Positions 9,804 through 19,568 of a stretch of 64,000 nucleotides of DNA are shown here, one piece after another. The stretch lies in IMG/VR virus record IMGVR_UViG_3300037466_002257. The stretch is one strand, 5' to 3'. Position 1 is the stretch's first letter. Every line of letters starts with the position of its first letter. The stretch comes from an uncultured virus (IMG/VR IMGVR_UViG_3300037466_002257) (taxonomy: Duplodnaviria > Heunggongvirae > Uroviricota > Caudoviricetes). A program made the position numbers and the translations under genes. Below the pieces are notes generated by a model, which had not been told where the DNA came from, ran no database searches, and saw only the letters and a list, made by a program, of their open reading frames with translations.

Positions 9804-10640
9804 GTGCGCACGCGCGCTGCCGCCCGGTTCTTCGACCGCAACCCGGCCTACGACGGCTACACGGGCGCGTTCCTGTTCAACTGCTCGTTCACGAACTTCG
9901 ACGACGTGGCGGGCGACGGCTCGACGAACCGGCGCCGCGCCCTTGCGGTGGACCCGGATGTCGTCGGCCCGGCGCGGGGCTGCGTGCTGCTGGGAGCGCA
10001 GCGCTGGGTCATGGGCGACCCGACCGACGACATGTTCGAAGGTGCCCTGATCCGCCACACGTACAACGTCAAGCGCGTGACGGACAAGCTGACGATCCTC
10101 ACGCCCGCGCAGGCCTGCCTGGCGCAGGCGGGCACCGACGCCTACGTCAACAAGCTGTACTTCAAGGCCCAGCTCAACTCGATCTCCGACAGCGACTACG
10201 ACAACTTCTGGAACGTCTTCTTCGCCCGCAGCGAGCCGGTCACGAAGGGCCTTTTCCTGCGCGACGAGGGCGGCACGCACTTCCGGGTGCGCGACACGTA
10301 CCGCGTGCCCGAGGGCTTCCTGATCGTGCAGTGCGACGAGCTGGACGCCGACGCGAGCGCGAGCGCCACCTTCGAGACGGGCGGCATCGACCCGATCACC
10401 GACAAGCCTGTGGCGGGCAGCGTTGCGACCACCGTACTGCAGTTCGATCCGATGAAGCTGTACCGCTTCGAACAGCAGGCCGAGTCGCAGATCAAGCCCG
10501 GCGACCGCATCGTCGTGGCCGCCGCGAGCGCGCTGACGCCCAAGGTCGGCATGCGCTTCGCGATGGGCGGGCGCAACTGGCAGACCGTCCTCGTCAAGCC
10601 CGAGCAGGACGCCTACGCCCTGCTCGTGAGGCTGGCGTGA
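9804..10640 (+). CDS. Putative head-closure/joining protein
   Basis: GTG start after GGGAG; beta-rich, synteny. Confidence 0.5.
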   Translation: MRTRAAARFFDRNPAYDGYTGAFLFNCSFTNFDDVAGDGSTNRRRALAVDPDVVGPARGCVLLGAQRWVMGDPTDDMFEGALIRHTYNVKRVTDKLTILTPAQACLAQAGTDAYVNKLYFKAQLNSISDSDYDNFWNVFFARSEPVTKGLFLRDEGGTHFRVRDTYRVPEGFLIVQCDELDADASASATFETGGIDPITDKPVAGSVATTVLQFDPMKLYRFEQQAESQIKPGDRIVVAAASALTPKVGMRFAMGGRNWQTVLVKPEQDAYALLVRLA

Positions 10641-11170
10641 TCGAGGTCACATCCAACGCCGACGCCTTCAGCGCGCAGATCGAGGCCGCGCTCGCCGAGA
10701 TCGACCAGCAGATCAACACCGGCTACTGGAGCTGGTCGATGCGCGTCTTTCAGGACCTCGTGGAAAGCACGCCGCAGTGGTCCGGCAACCTTGCGGCGAA
10801 CTGGTTCTACAGCCTGAACAGCCCGAGCGGCGACTACGACCCGGTGCTGGGCAAGGCCGACGCGTGGGGCAAGCCGGGCGAGAACAGCTTTGAGCCGTTC
10901 CAGCGCGGCGCACCGATGGCGGTGATGATGTCGATCGGGCGGGCGATGGAAGGGCCGAGGCCCACGTACAACGACCGCATCTTCTTCAGCAACAACACGC
11001 CGCTGTCGTTCGCGGAGCTTGCCAGCCCCGAAGTCGCCGAGGACACCAAGCAGGACTGGCGGCGCGTGCGCCCGGTCAACTTGGTGGAGCGCAAGGTCGC
11101 CCTGAGCGAGTTCATGTCCTTCAAGTGGAGCAACCTGCCCTATGACGCTGCCGTCTACTCTTACTATTGA
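10637..11170 (+). CDS. Neck/tail-completion protein (HK97 gp10-like)
   Basis: TPQWSGNLAANW resembles the TPvdtGxLrxsW motif; GTGA overlap. Confidence 0.6.
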   Translation: MIEVTSNADAFSAQIEAALAEIDQQINTGYWSWSMRVFQDLVESTPQWSGNLAANWFYSLNSPSGDYDPVLGKADAWGKPGENSFEPFQRGAPMAVMMSIGRAMEGPRPTYNDRIFFSNNTPLSFAELASPEVAEDTKQDWRRVRPVNLVERKVALSEFMSFKWSNLPYDAAVYSYY

Positions 11171-11582
11171 CGAGGCCCGCGCCGAGATCGCAGGCTGGAT
11201 CGAGGCCGCCCGCGCCGCGTGGACCGCTTGGACCGTGCAGGTTGTCGGGCCGAACCGCTCGCAGATCGACCTTGCGTCGCCCGAGGCCGAGCAGCCGCAC
11301 ATCGAGTGGGGCATCAAGTGGCGGCCGGGCGGCCAGATGTCGCTGGGTGCGCAGCCGGTGGCCCGCCAGTTCGGCCAGCTCGTGATCGCCGCCAAGGTCA
11401 AGGAAGGCGCGGGCGCGGCCGACTGCCTGCAACTGCTTGCGTCGGTGGTGCCGTTCGTCGAGGCCAAGAACGGCACCTACGTGAGCACGCAGGTGGGCAG
11501 CATCGCCGACGAGGTGCACGCGCAGGGCTGGTACATGTTGCCCCTCGTCGTCAACTTCTGGATGGACCGGATCGTCCCCTGA
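11142..11582 (+). CDS. Putative tail terminator protein
   Basis: 146 aa immediately upstream of tail tube; GWYMLPLVVNF-type C-terminus. Confidence 0.55.
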   Translation: MTLPSTLTIDEARAEIAGWIEAARAAWTAWTVQVVGPNRSQIDLASPEAEQPHIEWGIKWRPGGQMSLGAQPVARQFGQLVIAAKVKEGAGAADCLQLLASVVPFVEAKNGTYVSTQVGSIADEVHAQGWYMLPLVVNFWMDRIVP

Positions 11583-11641
11583 CCCAGCTCAGCGTTGCGC
11601 CGAAACGACGCTCTGGTGCGGGTTCCCAGCTCATCAGGTTC

Positions 11642-11670
11642 TTGTAAAAAGGTACTTTGCTGGGCATAAT
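11642..11670 (+). promoter_or_regulatory. Sigma70-type promoter for tail tube with operator in spacer
   Basis: TTGTAA-17-CATAAT; AAAGGTACTTT at 11648-11658. Confidence 0.65.
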
Positions 11671-11696
11671 CCGCCGCAACCTCAGCAGGAGATTCC

Positions 11697-12911
11697 ATGA
11701 CGACCCTTGCCTCTTCCAACCGCGCGAGCCTGGCCTACGTCGCGGAAACTGCCTTCGGTTCCGTGCCGGTCGCCGGTTCCCCGGCCGCGCTGCGCTTCAC
11801 CGGCGAGAGCTTCGACTTCTCGCTGAGCAAGGAGGTCTCGAAGGAGATTCGCCAGGACCGCCAGAACAGCGGTGCGACGACCGTCGATGCCTCCGCGTCG
11901 GGTGGCTTCAACTTCGAGGCCCAGTACCGCGAATACGACACGCTGCTGGCCGCCGCCATGCAGGGCGCGTGGTCGGTGTTCGGCACGAACGGCATCAGCA
12001 CGAGCTTCACCGCCGACTTCACCGCGACGACCATCACCGCGTCGGTCGCGCCGACCGGCTCCAGCGCCCTGACCGGCCTGCAGAAGGGCCAGTGGTTCCG
12101 CATGACCACGGGCGGCGCCAACAACGGCAAGCTGTTCCGCGTCTCGACGACCACGGCGCCGACGACCACGGTCATCACCCTCGACCCGAGCACCCCGGCT
12201 GTCGTCGCCTCCGGCGTGGCGACCTGCGCCATCCAGGCCTCGCGTCTGACCAACGGCACGACCCTGACGACCTTCTCGGTCGAGAAGGCGTTCAACGACA
12301 TCGCCCAGTTCTTCACGTACCGGGGCATGGCCGTCAACAAGATGAGCCTCGCGTTCGCCTCCGGCGCGATGACGACCGGCTCGTTCGAGTTCATGGGCAA
12401 GGACGTGGTGCGCAACGGCGCCACGCAAATGCCGGGCGGCGCGGGCGCCATCGCGGCGTCGCAGACCTACAACGTCCAGAACGGCGTGAAGGGCATGAAC
12501 GTGCTGTGGGAAGGCGGCGCCCCGCTGACCAGCACGTTCGTGAAGAAGCTGGACCTGAGCGTGGACAACAGCCTGCGCGCGCAGACCGCGCTTGCGAACC
12601 TCGGCGCTGTCGGTCTCGGCGTGGGCGACTTCAACCCCACCGGCTCGTTCGACGTGTACCTCGCGGACGGTACGCTGTACGACAAGATGCTGGGCGATGT
12701 TTACACGTCCCTCTCGTTCGCCACGCAGGACACGGCGGGCAACGGCTACGTGGTGACGCTGCCGCGCATCCAGCTCATGACCGGCAAGATTCTCGCGGGC
12801 AGCAAGAATCAGGACGTGATGGCCCAGTTCACGTTCACCGGCTTCGCCGACCTGCAGAACGCCACCGCCGCCCTGCAGCAGACGATCTTCATCGACCGCG
12901 TCGGCGTCTAA
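11697..12911 (+). CDS. Major tail tube protein
   Basis: 404 aa; LAYVAETAFG...LRFTGES...SKEIRQDR N-terminus typical of siphovirus tubes; strong SD; terminator follows. Confidence 0.8.
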   Translation: MTTLASSNRASLAYVAETAFGSVPVAGSPAALRFTGESFDFSLSKEVSKEIRQDRQNSGATTVDASASGGFNFEAQYREYDTLLAAAMQGAWSVFGTNGISTSFTADFTATTITASVAPTGSSALTGLQKGQWFRMTTGGANNGKLFRVSTTTAPTTTVITLDPSTPAVVASGVATCAIQASRLTNGTTLTTFSVEKAFNDIAQFFTYRGMAVNKMSLAFASGAMTTGSFEFMGKDVVRNGATQMPGGAGAIAASQTYNVQNGVKGMNVLWEGGAPLTSTFVKKLDLSVDNSLRAQTALANLGAVGLGVGDFNPTGSFDVYLADGTLYDKMLGDVYTSLSFATQDTAGNGYVVTLPRIQLMTGKILAGSKNQDVMAQFTFTGFADLQNATAALQQTIFIDRVGV

Positions 12912-12941
12912 ACGGTTTCCGGGTAGTCTCCTCGACGACTT

Positions 12942-12966
12942 TGCCGCCCTTCGGGGCGGCATTTTT
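12942..12966 (+). terminator. Intrinsic terminator after tail tube
   Basis: TGCCGCCC-TTCG-GGGCGGCA-TTTTT. Confidence 0.9.
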
Positions 12967-12990
12967 ATTGCCAGAATTTCCAAAGTTCCT

Positions 12991-13018
12991 TTGACAAAAT
13001 TTCCAGCCTCTCTATACT
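12991..13018 (+). promoter_or_regulatory. Sigma70-type promoter for tail chaperone
   Basis: TTGACA-16-TATACT; AAAGTTCCTTT overlaps the -35. Confidence 0.75.
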
Positions 13019-13052
13019 GCTGAGCTTTCAACTCAGCAACACCGGAGAGATC

Positions 13053-13499
13053 ATGGACATCCGCAAAGCATTCGCCACCGACAAGCGTGCCGAGACCGAG
13101 GGCCGCAAGCTGGTGCTGGCCCCGGCCGCCAACGGCAAGCCCGAGGCCTTCCTGCTGATCGCACGCAAGGGCAACGCCAACTACAAGGCGTTCACCTCGA
13201 AGGCGTTCCAGGAGAACCAGACAGCCCTGTCCACGAAGACGCCCGAGGCCGAGGCGCTCGCCACGCGCATGTTCAAGGAAGCGGCGGCCCGCACCCTCCT
13301 GATCGGCTGGGGCGGCATCGACTGGACCGGCGCCGACGGCGTGGAGCAGGAGAACGTGCCGTACAGCGCCGAGCTGGCGCTGACCATGTTCGAAGCCGCG
13401 GACGACTTCTACCAACTCGTGGACAAGTACGCGAGCGAGATGTCCAACTACCGTGCTGAGGAGGTCGCCAAGGACGCAAAAAACTCGGCGACTTCCTGA
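13053..13499 (+). CDS. Tail assembly chaperone (G-like)
   Basis: 148 aa between tube and tape measure; LLIGWGGI motif; slippery site near end. Confidence 0.8.
   Translation: MDIRKAFATDKRAETEGRKLVLAPAANGKPEAFLLIARKGNANYKAFTSKAFQENQTALSTKTPEAEALATRMFKEAAARTLLIGWGGIDWTGADGVEQENVPYSAELALTMFEAADDFYQLVDKYASEMSNYRAEEVAKDAKNSATS
13478..13484 (+). other. -1 programmed ribosomal frameshift site A AAA AAC
   Basis: X XXY YYZ heptamer in correct phase; -1 frame is open to 13837. Confidence 0.8.
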
Positions 13500-13837
13500 C
13501 CTGGCAACTGGAGTGGGGGCCGAATCTGCAGACGCTTGCGGATGTGGCCGAACAGACTGGCAAGGTTCCGCAGGCGCTTGCGGATCGGCCCTCACTCCGG
13601 GAGCACCTCGATCTCTATCTGGACGCCTTCTACACGCTGTCGCAGCACAGGGCGCACTCGATGGGCGGTCTGCTGCCCATCCCGTTCAGCGAGATCAGGT
13701 GCTACGCCGACGAGTACGGTCTCGAGAGTCGTGACATGCGTGAACGTCTTTTCACCTACGTTGCCGCCCTCGACCGGACCTACATGGCGCACCACGCGAA
13801 GAAGCAGGCGGAGCCGACGAAGATCGCTGCAGGCTAG
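13484..13837 (+). CDS. Tail chaperone frameshift extension (T-like)
   Basis: -1 frame reads LGDFLTWQLEWGP... into ORF 13544..13837 (AFYTLSQHR...PIPFSEI). Confidence 0.75.
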   Translation, partial: LGDFLTWQLEWGPNLQTLADVAEQTGKVPQALADRPSLREHLDLYLDAFYTLSQHRAHSMGGLLPIPFSEIRCYADEYGLESRDMRERLFTYVAALDRTYMAHHAKKQAEPTKIAAG

Positions 13838-13860
13838 GACAAGTTTTCCGTCTTTCAGCC

Positions 13861-13910
13861 TTGTTCTCAAAGGGCCTTTCGGTGAGAATGCTCATCAGTA
13901 AAGGCCCTTT
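13861..13910 (+). promoter_or_regulatory. Putative tape-measure promoter with two AAAG-N3-CTTT sites
   Basis: TTGTTC-17-GAGAAT; palindromes at 13869 and 13900; GCTCATCA at 13890. Confidence 0.55.
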
Positions 13911-13913
13911 CTC

Positions 13914-16900
13914 ATGACCACTCCGACGCTCGAACTAAACATCAAGGCGACCGGCATCGAACAGGTGACGGCGCTGCGTGCTGCGCTCGCGGACCTGAAC
14001 AAGCAGTCGCAGGAGCTGAAGAACTTCGGGTCGAACGCAAGCTCGCTGGACCGCCTTGCGCAGGAGATGAAGGACATGCGCACGGAGGTCGTGGCCGCCG
14101 TGCGTGATGTGAAGACGGCGCTCGTGGACGGCCTGAAAGTGGCTTTGCAGGACGCCATCAAGACCGTGAACAGTGGCATGGGCGGCGTGGCCGACGCCTT
14201 CAGCGCGAAGATGAAGGCGCTGTCGGAGAAGATCGCCAGCGAGCAGCAGGAGGCGGCCCGCACGGCGATGGCCGCCAACGGCGCTGCTGCGACCACGCAG
14301 GCCCGCGTCGAGGGCGCCAAAGTCGGTCAGGCGTTCGCACAAGCAGAGGAAGAGGCCAAGGCCAAGGTGCGCGTCTCGTACAGCGTCGCGCTCGCTGGAG
14401 GTGCCCGCGCGTCCATCGGCGCGAACGGCCTGTCCAGCACGGACCTCGTGATGCAGGAGGCCAAGAAGGTCGAGCAGTCCACCCTTGCGATGCAGGCGGC
14501 CTATGACAAGGCCATTGTGACGCTGGACAAGCAGGTCGAGAAGGTGGTCGAGGCGGCCACCGTGGGACCGAACACTCTGCGCGGCAAGGGCTACATCGCG
14601 TGGTGGGACTCTGTCATCTCCGACATGGAGAAGGGCGAAGCCGCGCTGCTCGCTGCCTACGAGAAGTCCATCGTCACGCTGAACAAGCAAACGGCAGCCG
14701 TCATGAAGGCGGCGACTGAGCCTGCCTACCTGGCTGCAGGTCCCGCGTGGTGGGACAAGGTCCTCGCCGAGCAGGAAGCTGCCGCAGCGAAGCTCGAAGC
14801 GGAGTACGCGAAAGAGATCGGCAAGCTGGAGAAGCAGACCGCCGCTGTCATGAAGGCTGCGACGGAGCCCGCGTACAAGTACGCCGGGCCGAAGTGGTGG
14901 GAAGAGGTTCTCGCGGAGCAGGACGCCGCTTACGCGAAGATCGTGGCCGACAACGAGAAGTGGACGAAGGCCATTCAGGCGTCGGTGACCTCCGCCAACA
15001 ACGCGGCGTTCGGCGGTCGCAGCGGCCCGTTCAGCGCCCTGTTCTCGGGCACCGTTTACAACATGCCCAAGCCGGAGGACCTGGACAAGGTTCAGAAGGG
15101 CTTGAAGGGTGTCAAGGGTGCGGCCGACGAGGCCTCGGGAGCATTCGCGCATGTCGGTTCGCAGTCCGCGAAGATTCGCAACGAGACAGGCACGCTTCTC
15201 AGTGAAATCTTTGAAGGCCGTATGGCGAACGCACGCAAGTCCGTGTTCGCCCTCATCAACGCCTTCGGTCTGTTCTCCGCGCTCTTCACACCTGAAGGGG
15301 CAGTCCTTGGAGGTCTCCTCGCACTGGGCTTCGCCATGTATAAGGGCGAGGAGCAGGCCACCGCGTTCAACAACGCGCTCACGCTGACGGGCGGCTACGT
15401 CGGCATGACGCGCGGGGCGCTGGAAGACCTTGCGCGCACGGCCTCGCAGGACACGAGCGCCAGCATCGGCCAGGCGAAGGACGCTGTGTTGGCACTTGCC
15501 AAGAGCGGCAAGATCACTGGCGACGCGATGAAGGTCCTTTCCGAGGACGTGATCCTGCAGGCGCGGCTGACCGGCGACTCGCTGGACGCGGTCGCGGCCG
15601 ACTACGCGAAGATGCCCGACGGCGTGGCGAAGTGGGCCGCCGCACACAACGAGTCGATGCACTTCATGTCGGTTGCGCAGCTTGAGCACATCCGACTGCT
15701 GGAAGAACAAGGCCAGAAAGAGAAGGCCATGATCGAGGTCGGTGAGGCGCTGAACAAGCACTTCACCGAACAGGGTGAACATCTCGGGGCGCTGGAAAGG
15801 GCCGCTCGCGCCCTGCGCAACACGTACTCTGAGATGTGGGACGCCGCGCTTGGCGTGGGCCGCGAGAAGACCGTCGAGGACCAGATCAACAGCCTCCAAG
15901 CCAAGATCGACAAGGTCAATAGCAACAAGAAGTGGTACAACATCACAGGCCCGACGACGCTCGACGCCGAGGTCCAGATGTGGCAGGCGCAGATCGCGGA
16001 CCTGCAGGATCAGAAGAAGATGCTGGACCAGCAGGCCGCCGAGAAGGGCCGGGCGGTGCAGGACCAGCAGCGCGGACAGTCGGCCCTTGGGGACATCTCG
16101 CGCCTGACGGAGCAGACCGACAAGGCCACACGCCTGAGCGTCGCGCTCGTCAAGCTGAAGGGCGACATCGAGGCCTACAACAAGGCATGGCTTGGCAGCC
16201 ATCCGGGCGACACGAGCACGCCGTTCAACGCCGTCACGAAGCAGGGCTACATCAACGACGCGCAGGCCGCCGAGTTGATCCGCAAGCAGACCGACTACAT
16301 CAACGGCGGCTCGCACGGCAACGACGGCGCGCTGCAGGCCGCGAAGTCTGAGTACAAGGACCTCGAAGCCCTCGCGAAAAGTGACTTCGCAAACGAGCAG
16401 GCCTTGCGCGACGACCAGCATCGCAAGGGGTTGCTGGATAACGCGACCTACTTCTCGGAAAGCCTCAAGGCGCAGAAGACGTATTCGGACCAGCTCATTG
16501 ACGCGCTGGTGGACGAGTACGACAAGCAGCTTGCGCTGGAGAAGAAGCAAGAGGCCGCGATCAACGCAAGCACCACACTGAAGGCGGGCGCCAAGGCGGA
16601 TCAGATCGCCAGGCTGCGTTCGGGCCTCGACGCGTGGTACGACACCCAACGCACGAAGATCGACGTGGTGACCGACAAGGCTGCCACGCACCTTCAAGAG
16701 CAAGCCGATACGTCGGTGCAGGCCGTCAACAAGATCGTCGAGGCCGATGACAAATACTGGGCGAAGGCCGAGTTGAACTCGAAGAAGCTCGCCGACCAAG
16801 CGAAGACGAAGCGTGACCTTGCCAGCGCGACGGAGGAAGAGCGTGTGCAGGCCGAAGCCATCGCGAAGGTCGAAGACACGCGCGCAGGTGAGCTGGAGAA

Positions 16901-19568
16901 GCTGCAGACCGCCTACGACACCGCCCAGCAGTCGCTGCAAGCCTTCGCTGTCACGCTCACTGACTCGGAGAGCGTGACGCCGGAGCAGGCGGCCATCTAC
17001 CTCGCGTGGTCGAAGAATGTGGATGTGCTGCGCGAGCAGCTCGCGAAGGCCCGCGCTGAAGTGGAGAAGCTGAAGGGCGAGGCCGCGCAGACCGCGCTGG
17101 ACGACCTTGCGGACAAGAAGCTGCAGCAGGTCCGCAACTCCGCAAAGACCCTTTCCGACCAGCTCGACAAGGGCATCGTGGACGCCATCTTCACGCGCGG
17201 CAAGAACACTGCGCAGAAGCTGCGCACCGAGATCGAGAACGCCTTCTTGTCACCGATCCGCGTCGTGCTGCAGGCCATCATCCAGCCGATCACGAACGGC
17301 CTCGTGAACGCGGGCTACTCGATGCTCGGCATGGGCAACGCCATCGGCACGCCGGGGTCGTCGCTGATCGGCGGCCTGAACAGCGCGTCGTCTGCGTACA
17401 GCATGGCGGGCAACATCGGCTCGGCCTACACCGTCGGCTCACAGTACCTGGCGGGCACGATGTCCGGGGCGAACGCGGCGGGCACGATGTACGCGAACGC
17501 GACGGGCGGTGGCCTCGATGCGCTGCTGGCGACGAACGGCGCCTACGGCACGGCGGCGGGCGCGGCAGGCGGCGCTGCAACGACCTTCGGCGTCGTGGAC
17601 ACGGCTGCCGCTGCAGGCGCCGCAGAAGCGGGCGGCGCGATGGCCGCCGCAGGTGCGGCCTCCGCGATCCCGGTCGCTGGCTGGATCGCTGCTGCCGCCA
17701 TCCTCGCGTACAGCCTGTTCGGCGGCAAGGGTGGCGGCCCAAAGACGGGCGGCTACTACGGGGCGACGACGGCGAACCCGGAAGGCCAGTACGTCGGTAT
17801 GGAGAACAGCTCGGGTGCCATCGACAGTATGAAGTCTGCGGTGGACTCGCTCACGAGCACATACCAGAATTACCTGACCACCGTAGGCGGCTCTGGTGGC
17901 GCCAGCTTCGGTCTCGGCATGAGCATGGACCCGCAAGGCAGCTCGTCGTCTTTCGTCGAGGCCACGGCACGCGACAGCAACGGCAACGCCATCTACTCCA
18001 ATGTGAACACGGGTGTCGGCCGCGATCAGAAGGACGTGGAGGCCGAGATCAAGCTGCAAGGCGAGCGGGCCGTCCTTGCGGCTCTGCAAACGTCGGACCT
18101 GCCCTCGAAGGTCAAGGACTACCTCGCCAAGCTCGACCCGATGACCGCTTCGAGCGCGGACATCGAGAAGGCGATGGCGATCACGCAGGCCGTGGGCGCA
18201 CTTGACAAGGCGCTCGCCGCGCTCGGTCCCGACTTCACCAAGATCACGAACCTGTCCATCGACAGCGAGAGCGCGCTCATCGCTGCTGCGGGCGGCCTCG
18301 ACAAGTTCAACGCGTCGATCTCGTCGTACTACCAGAACTTCTACACCGACAGCGAACGCCAGTCGGCGACTTGGGCGCACCTGCAAAGTGAGTTTGCAGC
18401 GCTGAATCTCGCGATGCCCACGACGCGCGAAGGCTTCCGCGACATGGTGAACGGCATCAACGTGAGCACCGACGAAGGTCAGAAGCTCTACGCGGGCCTC
18501 ATCAACCTGTCCGGCGAGTTCGCCTCGGTGACGCAGGCCGTCACCGACACCGGCACGAGCCTGACCACGCTGCAGAACAACGTGAGCGACGCGACGCAGA
18601 AGCTCACGGACGCGTACAACGCGGAGAAGGACGCGCTCACGCAGGCGCACGACAAGTTCGCCGCCTTCGTCACCAGCTTCAAGGACTTCATGAAGCAACT
18701 GACGACGGGCGACCTTGCGGGTCTCACGCCGCAGCAGAAATACGACGCGACGAAGGCGCAGTTCCAGACGGACGTTGCGAACTTGAGCAGCACGGACAGC
18801 GCCACACGCGATCAGGCGCTTGCGGCGCTGCAGCAGGACAGCCAAGACTTCCTCTCGGCCAGCCGCGACTTCTTCGGCGCGAGCCAAGGCTACTACGACG
18901 ACCTGAATGCGGTGAAGGCCGCTGTGACGCAGGGTCAGAACATCGCGCAGCAGCAAGCGGACATCGCGACGCAGCAGCTCGCCGCGCTCGACCAGATGGT
19001 GAGCGGTCTCATCACGATCAACTCGACCATCGTCGCGTCGATGGACGCCGTGGTGACCGCGATCAACAACCTGCAGGCTGCCAAGGGTGCGCTCGCGCAG
19101 GGCACCGCACCGACGGCGCCGCTGCCCTCGGAGCTGATCTCGAACGTCAACACGGCGCTGCAGACGATCAGCCCTGCGGTTGTCTCTTCGAACCCGATCC
19201 TGTCCGGCCTTGTGACGACGTGGCAAGGCCTCGCCAACGCATCGCAAGGCTCCTTCGCGACCGGCCTCGACCGCGTGCCTGCCGACGGCTTCCGCGCGAC
19301 GCTGCATCAGGACGAAATGGTGCTGAACCGCGAGGCCGCGAGCGACTACCGCAGCAACCGCACCGGCATCTCCAACTCGCTGCTGCGCACGCTCGTGCAG
19401 CGCATCGAGAGCCTGGAGTCCACGGTGGGCGAAGGCCTTGCGGGCGTGATCGGCGCGACGCACAGCGCGAGCGACCGCGCTGCCGGGAAGATCGTGCAGG
19501 GCACGAAGGAAGCGCACAGCACCAGCAACTGGCAGGTGCATACGAAGAAGAAGGCTGAACTCAAATGA
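13914..19568 (+). CDS. Tail tape measure protein
   Basis: 1884 aa Ala-rich helical; lambda-H-like segment FNNALTLTGGYVG; C-terminal FATGLDRVP...LHQDEMVL. Confidence 0.93.
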   Translation: MTTPTLELNIKATGIEQVTALRAALADLNKQSQELKNFGSNASSLDRLAQEMKDMRTEVVAAVRDVKTALVDGLKVALQDAIKTVNSGMGGVADAFSAKMKALSEKIASEQQEAARTAMAANGAAATTQARVEGAKVGQAFAQAEEEAKAKVRVSYSVALAGGARASIGANGLSSTDLVMQEAKKVEQSTLAMQAAYDKAIVTLDKQVEKVVEAATVGPNTLRGKGYIAWWDSVISDMEKGEAALLAAYEKSIVTLNKQTAAVMKAATEPAYLAAGPAWWDKVLAEQEAAAAKLEAEYAKEIGKLEKQTAAVMKAATEPAYKYAGPKWWEEVLAEQDAAYAKIVADNEKWTKAIQASVTSANNAAFGGRSGPFSALFSGTVYNMPKPEDLDKVQKGLKGVKGAADEASGAFAHVGSQSAKIRNETGTLLSEIFEGRMANARKSVFALINAFGLFSALFTPEGAVLGGLLALGFAMYKGEEQATAFNNALTLTGGYVGMTRGALEDLARTASQDTSASIGQAKDAVLALAKSGKITGDAMKVLSEDVILQARLTGDSLDAVAADYAKMPDGVAKWAAAHNESMHFMSVAQLEHIRLLEEQGQKEKAMIEVGEALNKHFTEQGEHLGALERAARALRNTYSEMWDAALGVGREKTVEDQINSLQAKIDKVNSNKKWYNITGPTTLDAEVQMWQAQIADLQDQKKMLDQQAAEKGRAVQDQQRGQSALGDISRLTEQTDKATRLSVALVKLKGDIEAYNKAWLGSHPGDTSTPFNAVTKQGYINDAQAAELIRKQTDYINGGSHGNDGALQAAKSEYKDLEALAKSDFANEQALRDDQHRKGLLDNATYFSESLKAQKTYSDQLIDALVDEYDKQLALEKKQEAAINASTTLKAGAKADQIARLRSGLDAWYDTQRTKIDVVTDKAATHLQEQADTSVQAVNKIVEADDKYWAKAELNSKKLADQAKTKRDLASATEEERVQAEAIAKVEDTRAGELEKLQTAYDTAQQSLQAFAVTLTDSESVTPEQAAIYLAWSKNVDVLREQLAKARAEVEKLKGEAAQTALDDLADKKLQQVRNSAKTLSDQLDKGIVDAIFTRGKNTAQKLRTEIENAFLSPIRVVLQAIIQPITNGLVNAGYSMLGMGNAIGTPGSSLIGGLNSASSAYSMAGNIGSAYTVGSQYLAGTMSGANAAGTMYANATGGGLDALLATNGAYGTAAGAAGGAATTFGVVDTAAAAGAAEAGGAMAAAGAASAIPVAGWIAAAAILAYSLFGGKGGGPKTGGYYGATTANPEGQYVGMENSSGAIDSMKSAVDSLTSTYQNYLTTVGGSGGASFGLGMSMDPQGSSSSFVEATARDSNGNAIYSNVNTGVGRDQKDVEAEIKLQGERAVLAALQTSDLPSKVKDYLAKLDPMTASSADIEKAMAITQAVGALDKALAALGPDFTKITNLSIDSESALIAAAGGLDKFNASISSYYQNFYTDSERQSATWAHLQSEFAALNLAMPTTREGFRDMVNGINVSTDEGQKLYAGLINLSGEFASVTQAVTDTGTSLTTLQNNVSDATQKLTDAYNAEKDALTQAHDKFAAFVTSFKDFMKQLTTGDLAGLTPQQKYDATKAQFQTDVANLSSTDSATRDQALAALQQDSQDFLSASRDFFGASQGYYDDLNAVKAAVTQGQNIAQQQADIATQQLAALDQMVSGLITINSTIVASMDAVVTAINNLQAAKGALAQGTAPTAPLPSELISNVNTALQTISPAVVSSNPILSGLVTTWQGLANASQGSFATGLDRVPADGFRATLHQDEMVLNREAASDYRSNRTGISNSLLRTLVQRIESLESTVGEGLAGVIGATHSASDRAAGKIVQGTKEAHSTSNWQVHTKKKAELK

